A program made the translations under genes and the position numbers. Shown here piece after piece: positions 16,906-24,988 of a stretch of DNA of 32,000 bases (positions within the stretch are counted from its first letter, which is position 1; each line of letters begins with the position of its first letter). Under the pieces are notes generated by a model. The model searched no databases and was not told where the DNA came from. It worked only from the letters and a program-made list of their open reading frames with translations. This stretch comes from Candidatus Saccharimonadota bacterium (GTDB lineage: Bacteria; Patescibacteriota; Saccharimonadia; Saccharimonadales; UBA4665): NCBI GenBank assembly GCA_016700375.1, contig CP065016.1, forward strand, positions 510,001 to 542,000. Reading direction: 5' to 3'.

Positions 16906-16940
16906 ACTTTAAAGTTACTCCAAAGTAACTTTAAAGTCAA
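16906..16940 (-). promoter_or_regulatory. Perfect 14-bp-arm palindrome overlapping a TTGACT-N17-TAACTT-N6-ATG promoter; candidate TA operator
   Basis: ACTTTAAAGTTACT (16906-16919), loop CCAA, then AGTAACTTTAAAGT (16924-16937). The -35 rc is at 16935-16940. The palindrome abuts the antitoxin ATG at 16905. Confidence 0.5.
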
Positions 16941-16946
16941 CATATG

Positions 16947-17738
16947 TTACATGCCTTTTTTCTGAAGAGCTAATAGCGTCAGGCTGGTGCGGGAGCGGGC
17001 GTAGGAACAGAATTCGCAAGGACCACCCATGGCCGCGGTGCCAATGGCAGGCATATCGTCGTTTTCCATGCAGGTCTTCATATCGCGCAGAGTTTGCTCT
17101 ACCCAGTCGCTCTTGCCCGTGTGCGGGAACACGTGGGTTTCAAACTCGACTACGCCATCAAAGGCATCTTTGCCAGGGTTGCCGGTGGCGTACACAAAAT
17201 AGCCCGTATCGCTCACCGCAAAACCATTTTGCCGAAGTAACCACTGGTAAATCTCCATCTGCCTACGGTACATATCTTGCCAGCCACCCTCTGGGCCAAG
17301 TGCTTTTACCGGCTCGGCTTTTGCGGTGGCTTTGTAGTCAACCACCATGAGTTCACCTGCTGGGTTCACCCACACATCGTCCACTGCCCCAAAGACGTGC
17401 AGGTTTGTCGGCACATGAAGGGTGGTCACCCCTGTAAAGTTATGTCGCCACGTATCAAGGTCTTTATGCGTATACGGCACAGCATCGAGACCAAACTGTT
17501 TCATGAGCGGATGTGGTTTTTTCTGCTCACGGTAGACATCGAACTCTTTTTTGAACAGCTCGTCTATGGCCTTGTTGATATTGAACGGCGGGCTGCTTGG
17601 CCGGGTAATCTTGTGGCGCACATCTAGCCAGAAACAGCGCGGACACTGCATATACAGCTCAATTTTGCTGCGGCTGACCTTATACGGCTCAGTTTGCCCT
17701 GGCTCATATGGCCGCGACCGTTCCCTCATGTATGACAT
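16947..17738 (-). CDS. PD-(D/E)XK nuclease, Cas4/RecB-like, with four Cys
   Basis: Motifs GAVDDV, MVVDYKATAK (D-x-K) and RRQMEIYQWLL (QxxxY), plus CPRC near the N-terminus and CEFC near the C-terminus. I place the start at ATG 17738 because TACAAT lies 6 nt upstream. Confidence 0.7.
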   Translation of the reverse strand: MSYMRERSRPYEPGQTEPYKVSRSKIELYMQCPRCFWLDVRHKITRPSSPPFNINKAIDELFKKEFDVYREQKKPHPLMKQFGLDAVPYTHKDLDTWRHNFTGVTTLHVPTNLHVFGAVDDVWVNPAGELMVVDYKATAKAEPVKALGPEGGWQDMYRRQMEIYQWLLRQNGFAVSDTGYFVYATGNPGKDAFDGVVEFETHVFPHTGKSDWVEQTLRDMKTCMENDDMPAIGTAAMGGPCEFCSYARSRTSLTLLALQKKGM

Positions 17739-17744
17739 GCGTGT

Positions 17745-17750
17745 ATTGTA
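17745..17750 (-). promoter_or_regulatory. -10 box TACAAT 6 nt upstream of the nuclease ATG (leaderless geometry)
   Basis: The minus strand reads TACAAT-acacgc-ATG. There is no Shine-Dalgarno sequence and the -35 is weak. Confidence 0.4.
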
Positions 17751-17909
17751 TACCAACCACACAGTATTTTCGGATTTTTCAGCCCGATAATCGCTGAGTT
17801 AGAATACGTCTGTACCGACGAAGCATATCTGGATATGGTGAGGAGGTAGAGGCGTATTCTGGCCAGTGAGGGCGGGATGAGAAACTGAAAAATACCGTGT
17901 GGTTGGTAT
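17750..17909. repeat. 160-bp intergenic element bounded by 21-bp inverted repeats, with a nested 8-bp inverted repeat
   Basis: ATACCAACCACACAGTATTTT (17750-17770) matches the reverse complement of 17889-17909 at 20/21. An inner pair AGAATACG (17801-17808) / CGTATTCT (17853-17860) lies between them. Confidence 0.6.
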
Positions 17910-17911
17910 TT

Positions 17912-19270
17912 TTACTTCCGACGCAGCACGGCTAGTGTTTCGATGTGAGGAGTCCGTGGGAAAAAGTTGAAGATTTCGAAATGTGTCATTTTGTAGGCCG
18001 ACTGGAGTAGCGCAAGGTCGCGTGCATGGGTGGCAGGATTGCAGCTGAGGTAGATAATTTGCGGAGGCCGTACTTCTAAACAGCGCTTGACGACATTTGC
18101 GTGCAAACCGGCCCGGGGTGGATCGAAAATAACTGGCCGCAACCCGTCGATGTACTCGAGGGCCTTTTCTGCCGATGATTCGACAACCTCAGCGAAGACC
18201 GGTGAGTCGCAAGCATTGGCGCGCGCCATTGCCGCAGTCCTGGAATCGAGTTCAACAAGTATGGCTTCCCTCTCGGCGACCGACAAACCAATACTGCCGA
18301 CACCAGCGTACATATCTACCGGGTCGCCCTGGCAGTGCGCCCGAATACTTTCTAGCGCCCGCGTGTAGACCGGCTCATTCACCTGGAAAAAACTATCGAC
18401 ATCGTAAGAAAATGTCTGCCCGAGCAGCTTATCGCGCAGCCCGCAGTCGCCCAGTTCGTACAGCAATGTGGTTGGTACCGATGCGGGAGAACGCGGGTTT
18501 GAGTGGTACACCCGCAGCCCCTTGAGCGCACTAACAGGACTGTCCTTTGAAACTGGAGATTTCACCGCATTTGGCAATTTCAATCTGGGGAATTTACTTG
18601 GTTTTACAAAAAGTGCCGCTACTGCCTCCCCTGCTTGGTTGCAGCGCACAATCACGGTCTTCAAGTCGCCCGCCCGCAGATCGAGCCGTTGCAGCTCGCT
18701 CAGCACTGCCCGTGCCGCATCGTCTACTGCCGGCAGCGCGAGTGCGCTACCCTGCACAATTTGCTTACCATGACTGCCCCGCTGGTGGAGCGCCAGGTGC
18801 AAGCCATCATCATCACCCCAAAACGAATATTCCATTTTATTGCGGTAATGAAACTCCGAACCTACTGATACTACAGCTCTGTCATCTTGAGCGAATCCGG
18901 CACGAGCCGGAGAAGTCGAAAGGTCTCCTTTTTCCCCAGAAGATTCCAGGTTCTCATACGGAATAGCAACACCTTCGTGCGTAAAAAGCTCTTTGACTAT
19001 TGCAGATTTATAGCAGTTTTCGGCCTCAAAGGTCATCATTTGCCAGGGGCTTGTGGCAAGATAATTGTCCTCATGCGGGTCTATTCTCTCTGGTGAGGCT
19101 TTTAGTATCTCCTCGGCAATCGCTTCAGCGTATGACCGCTTTTTCTTAATAATCCGCACTCGTACGGTTTCGCCAGGCAGTGCATTCCACACAAACACTT
19201 TCCGGCCGTCTGCTAATGTGCCGAGCCCCTGCCCGCCGTGCACCAGCTTTTCTATAACTACTTCATCCAC
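17912..19270 (-). CDS. TRAM-domain RNA (uracil-5-)-methyltransferase, RlmD/TrmA family
   Basis: N-terminal TRAM-like domain (GQGLGTLADGRKVFVWNALPGETVRVRI). SAM-methyltransferase motifs DMYAGVGSIG, VIFDPPRAG and IIYLSCNPAT. The start codon is GTG. Confidence 0.85.
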   Translation of the reverse strand: MDEVVIEKLVHGGQGLGTLADGRKVFVWNALPGETVRVRIIKKKRSYAEAIAEEILKASPERIDPHEDNYLATSPWQMMTFEAENCYKSAIVKELFTHEGVAIPYENLESSGEKGDLSTSPARAGFAQDDRAVVSVGSEFHYRNKMEYSFWGDDDGLHLALHQRGSHGKQIVQGSALALPAVDDAARAVLSELQRLDLRAGDLKTVIVRCNQAGEAVAALFVKPSKFPRLKLPNAVKSPVSKDSPVSALKGLRVYHSNPRSPASVPTTLLYELGDCGLRDKLLGQTFSYDVDSFFQVNEPVYTRALESIRAHCQGDPVDMYAGVGSIGLSVAEREAILVELDSRTAAMARANACDSPVFAEVVESSAEKALEYIDGLRPVIFDPPRAGLHANVVKRCLEVRPPQIIYLSCNPATHARDLALLQSAYKMTHFEIFNFFPRTPHIETLAVLRRK

Positions 19271-19887
19271 CGACTTAGTACCTTCCGCAGGCCATCTACC
19301 GTGGTAACCAATCTGTTCGGCTTCAGGAGCTCCAAGCCGTGTTTGCTACTGTACCCCCATGTCACCGAGATTATTCGTAGACCCGCACCGCGTGCCGAAA
19401 CCACATCAACCTTCTCGTCGCCGACACACCATAGCTTAGATGTATCCAGGCCTTCACACTTTACCACCCGGCGCATCGTACTTGCCTTGGACCAAAAATG
19501 TGCCCCACCATAAATGCCGTCGAAATACGTATCTAGGTCATGCCACTGCAAATATTTGCGAATATTTTCACTATGATTGGTGCTGACCACAAAGAGTTTG
19601 ACGCGAGCTTCATAGAGGTCACGAATAAGTTCGGCTAAACCGGGATACACCCGTATACTTCGTAAATGCCGCCGGAGCATACGCCGCCCCCGCACCGCAA
19701 GCCACGCTATTTTCCATAGCGGCAACCCCATCTCGCGCGCAATCTGGTACATTGACTTGTTGCGCATGCTGTCTACCACTTCTTGGGTACGGTGCACTGG
19801 CTTTCCGTGCACATCATCGTACATGCGCAGCAGTGCCGGTAGGCTGTCTGCAATAGTTCCATCAAAATCAAAAATGACTGCTCGCAT
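19258..19887 (-). CDS. HAD-superfamily hydrolase (phosphoglycolate phosphatase-like)
   Basis: Motif I is VIFDFDGTIADS, followed by VVSTN and VGDEKVDVVSARGAG. The protein is 209 aa. Confidence 0.8.
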   Translation of the reverse strand: MRAVIFDFDGTIADSLPALLRMYDDVHGKPVHRTQEVVDSMRNKSMYQIAREMGLPLWKIAWLAVRGRRMLRRHLRSIRVYPGLAELIRDLYEARVKLFVVSTNHSENIRKYLQWHDLDTYFDGIYGGAHFWSKASTMRRVVKCEGLDTSKLWCVGDEKVDVVSARGAGLRIISVTWGYSSKHGLELLKPNRLVTTVDGLRKVLSRWMK

Positions 19888-19893
19888 ATAGTA

Positions 19894-19921
19894 ACTATAC
19901 CAGAGGAACCGAGCCTGTCAG
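19894..19921 (-). promoter_or_regulatory. Candidate promoter CTGACA-N16-TATAGT-N6-ATG for the HAD gene (leaderless geometry)
   Basis: The -10 rc is at 19894-19899 and the -35 rc at 19916-19921. The ATG is at 19887 and has no Shine-Dalgarno sequence. Confidence 0.5.
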
Positions 19922-19948
19922 CTCGATTATTGTGTAAGATATCGTACA

Positions 19949-19976
19949 TTCAATAATTACTAAGTTGCGCTACAAT
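19949..19976 (+). promoter_or_regulatory. Candidate promoter TTCAAT-N16-TACAAT for the plus-strand membrane-protein gene (leadered, with SD)
   Basis: The -35 is at 19949-19954 and the -10 at 19971-19976. A Shine-Dalgarno AAGGAGG at 19990-19996 lies 5 nt before the GTG at 20002. Confidence 0.45.
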
Positions 19977-20001
19977 ACGGTGCATAACTAAGGAGGTCAC
20001 C

Positions 20002-20544
20002 GTGGTAGACGTTACAGGCATAGAAAACAAACTCAATGATGTGTTTGGCAAACAAGCACCCAAGATGCCAAAGGGACTATACGATTTCTTTGTAAATTAT
20101 GCCCACGTACTAACCATGATTGGCGCAATAGCCAGCCTGTTTGGGGCGTGGAGCCTATGGAACGCAACCCGCGTTACAAATGGCCTAGCAGACTTTGCGA
20201 ACGAGCTGAATAAAGCCTACGGAGGACGTGAAGTTGTTTCTACGAACGAACTTACGTTTTTTGTATTGCTCGCGATGGCATTTAGCGTAGTGAGTGCACT
20301 CGTTTACTTCATGGCGTATGCACCGCTAAAAGAGCACAAAAAGACTGGGTGGAATTATCTGTTTTATGTGAGTCTTTTAAGTGTGGCGTACTCGGTTCTT
20401 ATGCTCTTTGTTGATGGTCAAGGCTTTGGTTCGTTCCTATTTGGTCTTGTTTGTACAGCCATAGGTTTTTGGATTTTGTTCCAGATTCGCCCAGCGTACC
20501 TCGGCAAAGCTGCCGGTCCCGCTCATACTACACCAACAGAATAG
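20002..20544 (+). CDS. Hypothetical integral membrane protein (about four TM helices)
   Basis: GTG start behind a strong Shine-Dalgarno. Hydrophobic segments include VLTMIGAIASLFGAWSLW, FFVLLAMAFSVVSALVYFMAY, YLFYVSLLSVAYSVLMLFV and LFGLVCTAIGFWILF. I recognise no family. Confidence 0.6.
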   Translation: MVDVTGIENKLNDVFGKQAPKMPKGLYDFFVNYAHVLTMIGAIASLFGAWSLWNATRVTNGLADFANELNKAYGGREVVSTNELTFFVLLAMAFSVVSALVYFMAYAPLKEHKKTGWNYLFYVSLLSVAYSVLMLFVDGQGFGSFLFGLVCTAIGFWILFQIRPAYLGKAAGPAHTTPTE

Positions 20545-20559
20545 TCCTTCAGCTCATAG

Positions 20560-20590
20560 AAAATGCCCGCTCAATTTATGCGGGCATTTT
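20560..20590. terminator. Bidirectional intrinsic terminator between convergent genes
   Basis: AAAATGCCCGC-tcaatttat-GCGGGCATTTT. An A-run precedes the stem and a T-run follows it, so it can act on both strands. Confidence 0.7.
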
Positions 20591-20686
20591 CATTTCACAA
20601 CAACCATTTTCCACACTTTCTACTCGGCCGGATAAAAAGTGTGGCATTTTGTGATACTGAAAGCACTGTGGTGCCGCTGAAAAATC

Positions 20687-21058
20687 TTACTTCTCGAGTT
20701 TATGGATTTGGTCGTGGTCAAGACCGTAGTAGTGCGCAACCTCGTGCCACAAAGTGTGGCGGATGTTTTCGTACAAAGATGCTTGGTCATAGCTTTCGGC
20801 TAGGAGCGGGAATTTAAACAGCGTGATAACATCTGGCACAAGCGGCTCCCTGCCCTGGCGCTGCGGGAGCGGTACACCGCTGTACAGCCCTAACAGCGTC
20901 TGGTTGCAATGCAGTTTCAGTTCACGCCGCTGCTGCTCGGTTGGTTCGTCTGCCGTAACGATGGCGACATTTTTCACCCGGTCACGGTGTATTTTCGGCA
21001 GCGATTCAAACGCGCGGTCTATAAGTTCGTGAAACGATTCGTCCGTAATATCAAACAT
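20687..21058 (-). CDS. Small zincin-like metallopeptidase-family protein (DUF1025-like)
   Basis: C-terminal HEVAHYYGLDH (HExxH). The ATG at 21058 overlaps the lysS stop by 8 nt (ATGTTTGA). The longer ORF from 21103 is probably an artefact. Confidence 0.65.
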   Translation of the reverse strand: MFDITDESFHELIDRAFESLPKIHRDRVKNVAIVTADEPTEQQRRELKLHCNQTLLGLYSGVPLPQRQGREPLVPDVITLFKFPLLAESYDQASLYENIRHTLWHEVAHYYGLDHDQIHKLEK

Positions 21059-22586
21059 CTGCTTTTTTATATAGTTCCGGATAGACGGCTTTGGTGGTGG
21101 CATCGACTTCGGCGCGCAACTGCGGGAACACCACGCCTTCGCGCGCGCTCACACCTTCGAGTGACCAAAAGACACGTTCGCTCCACCCAAACCCACAAGC
21201 TGGTGGCATACCGTACTCTAGTGCCTCTACGAAGTCTATATCCATCATCTGTGCCTCAGCATCACCGGCATCACGCAAGCTTTGCTGCTCAAGAAAACGC
21301 TGGTACTGATCTATGGGGTCATTGAGCTCGCTAAAGGCTTTACACATTTCGCTTCCGCCAAACACGAGGTTAAACTGCTCGGTCAGGCGAGGGTCAGCTG
21401 GCTGCATTTTGGCTAGTGGCTGCATGAAGGTTGGCATGTCTACGAGAAACGCGGGGCCAGCAAGGGTTTTGCGGTAGTTTTTCCAGAGCTTGTCGAGACT
21501 GCGAAGGCGATTATCTTGCTTTTCTACTTCAAGCTTATGTTCGCGGAGCTTTGCCTGTATGTCTTCCATGGGTGATTCGAACACGTCTATGCCGTACCGC
21601 TCTTTGAGCACCGACACAAAGCTAATGCGCGGAAAATGCGTATCGTCTGCCCCAAAATCTACCTGCGTGCCATCGGCCAGTGTAAACTGCCGCTTGCCCC
21701 ACGTGGCGTCACACACCGCCCGAATTTGCCGTTCGGTAAGTTCCATGCCCTTTTCCCAGTCGGCATACGCCCAGTACCATTCCATGGCAACGTGTTCGGG
21801 GAGGTGTTCGTCGCTGTAGTTTTCGTTTCGAAACCGAGCACCTATGTCGAACACCTTTTCGTACCCCGCTACCAGCAGTCGCTTGAGGGGTAGCTCATGC
21901 GAAATACGAAGGTAGAAATCTTGGTCAAGCGCATCCATGTGGGTCACAAATGGTGTTGCATCTGCCCCACCAGCCACGTTTTCCAGTATGGGAATGTTGA
22001 TTTCTGTAAAGCCCTCGGCCTGCAGAAATTCACGAGTAGCCTGCCAAAACTTACTGCGGCGAATAAACCGCTGCCGCACATGTTCGTTCACGTTCATGTC
22101 TACGTAGCGGCGGCGCAAGCGTTCTTCTTTGTTGGTAAAGCCATCTATTTTGTTCGGCAGTGGACGTAGTGATTTGGTGAGCAAGCGTAGTTTCGTCAGC
22201 TCTACCGACTCTTCACCGGTTTGCGACCGCGCCACCACCCCGGTGGCTTCTATAAAATCGCCGCTGTCGAGTAGCGGAATGTCGCGCTGGGATAGTTCGC
22301 TGTCTGCGTAGTCAGCCTGTTTTTCATCATCACGCCGCCAAATGAGCTGTAACTCCTGTGCGCTTTGGTCTTTTATGACTATGAACGCAAGCTTCCCAAA
22401 CTTACGGATAGACACAATCCGACCAGTAACAGTAACCGTCTGCCCCTCCAGCTGACTAAACTGCTCGTGCACCGCAGGAATACTGTGCGTTCGAGCCGAA
22501 CGCGCCGGATAGGGGTTAACTCCCAGCTTTTTCAAATCTTCCAGCTTACGCAGCCGCTCATTCCGATAATCTTGTAGTGTCGCCAT
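21051..22586 (-). CDS. lysS: Lysyl-tRNA synthetase, class II
   Basis: 511 aa with an OB-fold N-domain and a class II core (FTEINIPILE, YLRISHELPLKRL, RNENYSDEHLPEH, GGSEMCKAFSELNDP). Confidence 0.95.
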   Translation of the reverse strand: MATLQDYRNERLRKLEDLKKLGVNPYPARSARTHSIPAVHEQFSQLEGQTVTVTGRIVSIRKFGKLAFIVIKDQSAQELQLIWRRDDEKQADYADSELSQRDIPLLDSGDFIEATGVVARSQTGEESVELTKLRLLTKSLRPLPNKIDGFTNKEERLRRRYVDMNVNEHVRQRFIRRSKFWQATREFLQAEGFTEINIPILENVAGGADATPFVTHMDALDQDFYLRISHELPLKRLLVAGYEKVFDIGARFRNENYSDEHLPEHVAMEWYWAYADWEKGMELTERQIRAVCDATWGKRQFTLADGTQVDFGADDTHFPRISFVSVLKERYGIDVFESPMEDIQAKLREHKLEVEKQDNRLRSLDKLWKNYRKTLAGPAFLVDMPTFMQPLAKMQPADPRLTEQFNLVFGGSEMCKAFSELNDPIDQYQRFLEQQSLRDAGDAEAQMMDIDFVEALEYGMPPACGFGWSERVFWSLEGVSAREGVVFPQLRAEVDATTKAVYPELYKKADV

Positions 22587-22592
22587 ACACCT

Positions 22593-22598
22593 ATTGTA
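22593..22598 (-). promoter_or_regulatory. -10 box TACAAT 6 nt upstream of the lysS ATG (leaderless geometry)
   Basis: The minus strand reads TACAAT-aggtgt-ATG. There is no Shine-Dalgarno sequence. Confidence 0.4.
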
Positions 22599-22699
22599 AC
22601 CGCAGAACGGAATAAAAACTATCTCGTTTTATGTTTTTAACAGATGGTTAATCCCAATATGTATATGGCTACCCGACATAACGAATTGCTCAGCAAACC

Positions 22700-23992
22700 T
22701 TATTTACGCTTATCTCGAAACGGTGCATTACCCTTGAATCGCATATTCTTGTCACCATGGCCGCGCGTGCTTGCACCGCCTCGCGCACCGTTAATCTTGG
22801 CTGGCTGTTTATGCTTATAGGCCGGACCGTGATTGTGTTGGTCGACCAATCTTTTAGTATTAGACCTGCGTGTCTGTTCGGGGCCGGTAGTTGGTGCGAC
22901 TGGTCGAGGTTTTGACACGACCGTCGGAAATGGAACAACGGGTTCATTGCCTGGTTTCCTTCGACGCAGTATTGGGATAAGCATCGGTATAAACACAACC
23001 TTGAATGAGTCTTCGCTGCCCTCGGTCATTTCGGTGGGGGTTTCCTCTGAAACAATACGTTTTTGAACAACTGGTTTCTCAGCCTTGACCATTACCAAAA
23101 CATACCGATCGTTCACAAGCCCTTCTAATGTATCCGTGTCGCCCTTGGACAACAGTTTAAGAACATCAGGATCTTTACGATTAAAGCCGACAACAAGGTC
23201 CTGGGCACTTAGGCCATTACCCTTTGCTATACCAAAAATGTCTGCATTCAACTTATCATCAATAATCTCTGTGCCACCAGTCACACGAACCTTACTTGCG
23301 GCACTTGAGCCCTTGCTCGTAAGTTCGTCTTTGAGCATAGTGGCACCTGTGGCTGCACGCGTTTCTGCCAGTTCGACGTTCTTCTTATTTGGTATGCCTA
23401 GACCAGGATTATCGCCACCATTGTTCCATGCCGTATCGTCCTCGTCAGAGGCATAGCCATGAGCTGTAATGTCAAGAATGTTCCAGCCCTGTTTTTCCAG
23501 CAACTCAACACTCCCCGCCAAACTATTGATTGCGGCACCACCATCCGTCATTTTTTTAGCATTTGGATCTTTCGAGAACTTTTCTGCCCATAACATTGCC
23601 GGCAGTGTTGTTGGTGCTGTAAGCTGCTCAGTGCCCGTAACATATTCAACCGTCACCGGAACACTGCTATCCCCAGCATGCTCATTAGACCACTTTGGTT
23701 GAAAACCAACCCCCGGCAAAGATAAAACTAGACCCCCAACTTTAGATGAAATTGTCGGGCCAAATGTTTCGGGTTCAGCTACGTGATGCAAGCCCACCTC
23801 TACTCCAATCGGCTTTCCGGGAAAATCCGGTGCGTGACCTTCATGTCCAGGGGTGTTTGCGGTAAAGGTTGCAAGCCCTGACAATAAGAGGCACGCCAGC
23901 GCAGAAGCCCTGGGATCAACACCCATACCAACTTTCTCGCCAGTACTTGATGAATCTGGCATTCTGGCTGGTTGAAGTTGTAGTTGGGACAT
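22700..23992 (-). CDS. Hypothetical bitopic envelope protein: N-terminal signal/TM, possible OmpA-like segment, C-proximal TM, long basic tail
   Basis: ALACLLLSGLATFTA near the N-terminus. ITAHGYASDEDD...NKKNVELAETRAATG loosely fits the OmpA_C pattern. FKVVFIPMLIPIL is followed by RRRK and about 90 aa rich in K, R, P and G. The start is uncertain (ATG 23992 or ATG 23926). Confidence 0.5.
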   Translation of the reverse strand: MSQLQLQPARMPDSSSTGEKVGMGVDPRASALACLLLSGLATFTANTPGHEGHAPDFPGKPIGVEVGLHHVAEPETFGPTISSKVGGLVLSLPGVGFQPKWSNEHAGDSSVPVTVEYVTGTEQLTAPTTLPAMLWAEKFSKDPNAKKMTDGGAAINSLAGSVELLEKQGWNILDITAHGYASDEDDTAWNNGGDNPGLGIPNKKNVELAETRAATGATMLKDELTSKGSSAASKVRVTGGTEIIDDKLNADIFGIAKGNGLSAQDLVVGFNRKDPDVLKLLSKGDTDTLEGLVNDRYVLVMVKAEKPVVQKRIVSEETPTEMTEGSEDSFKVVFIPMLIPILRRRKPGNEPVVPFPTVVSKPRPVAPTTGPEQTRRSNTKRLVDQHNHGPAYKHKQPAKINGARGGASTRGHGDKNMRFKGNAPFRDKRK

Positions 23993-24137
23993 GATGTTAT
24001 TTATCGCTTATATTTATTTTTTATTTTAATTTATTAACTTATGTAAATCATACTATCATAATATAAATAAAAAGTCAATAACATGTCACTACACCCATTT
24101 TCACTGGGGTTAGTACATTAAAATTTCTAGTATATGT

Positions 24138-24929
24138 TTAGCGGATGTAGTACGTCACTTGGACGCTGTAGGTCAGCTCGTTTTCACCGGGTTGGACGCC
24201 GAGCGACTGTGCAGAGGCTTCCGTAGATGACTTAACCGCATCCATAGCCATAAGGGGTATGGGGCCGCCGTTGCCTCTGTCGCTGTCTTCGACACTTTTT
24301 ACCTTACCCAGCTTAAACCCAAGGTTTTTTGCTTGCTGGTCAGCTTTAGCTCGAGCTTCTTTGGTAGCCTGGTCGCGACCTTTTGCTTCGAGCTCTTTCT
24401 GCTTAGCCGTACTAAATGTCGCCTGCGGCGTTACTGCGCCACTAGGATTTGTTGTTAGTAAATAATCTTGCGCCTTTTGGGCTGCGTCGCGTGTGTGAGT
24501 AACGGCAGTAACTTGCAGCGTATAGGTATGGGTTTTACTCTCTTCATCATAAAAATAATAATCCCGGTAGCCGCTCGCGTTCGTTTTTATGTCCTTGTCT
24601 GCCACGCCAGCTTTTTTCAAGCCCGCCACTACTTCATCGCTTTTGGCGGTAAGTTCTTTTAACCCCGCAGTTTTATCGGCATTTTTGAACTCGTAGCTCG
24701 GGTAAAAAACGTATTCATCTGGTTCTGCTTTCAGCGTTGCGCTGCCACTCACGCTCACGGTGCGGTCACTAGCGCTCGGCTGGCTATCCCATGGCCGCCA
24801 CAGTGCTACGACGGCAACTAACCCGACAGCAAGTACCGCACTCAACCACCACGGGTTCACCCGCAGTGTTACTGCCTTGGTATTCGATGTTTTCACCTCG
24901 TTAGGGTTATTTTCATCTGTCATTTTCAT
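24138..24929 (-). CDS. SIMPL-domain (DUF541) protein with N-terminal TM anchor
   Basis: TM segment WWLSAVLAVGLVAVVALW, then VSVSGSATLKAEPDEY... and a C-terminal LTYSVQVTYYIR beta pattern typical of SIMPL proteins. A Shine-Dalgarno AGGAGGGG lies upstream. Confidence 0.6.
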   Translation of the reverse strand: MKMTDENNPNEVKTSNTKAVTLRVNPWWLSAVLAVGLVAVVALWRPWDSQPSASDRTVSVSGSATLKAEPDEYVFYPSYEFKNADKTAGLKELTAKSDEVVAGLKKAGVADKDIKTNASGYRDYYFYDEESKTHTYTLQVTAVTHTRDAAQKAQDYLLTTNPSGAVTPQATFSTAKQKELEAKGRDQATKEARAKADQQAKNLGFKLGKVKSVEDSDRGNGGPIPLMAMDAVKSSTEASAQSLGVQPGENELTYSVQVTYYIR

Positions 24930-24988
24930 CCCATTCCCCTCCTGCTTATAGCAGTATTGTCGCCCCCAGAAGCCAAAATGTAAAGCAA

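Noticed and set aside
17763-17911. Small protein or known ncRNA (tRNA, SRP, 6S) in the rlmD-nuclease intergenic region
   Set aside because: Only tiny ORFs without proper start context are present (for example ATG GTG AGG AGG TAG). I could not see a tRNA cloverleaf or the conserved SRP/6S motifs by eye, so I kept only the inverted-repeat observation.
22690-22998. 102-aa ORF overlapping the 3' end of the 430-aa envelope-protein gene
   Set aside because: It is an alternative frame wholly contained in the longer ORF, with no independent start signals.
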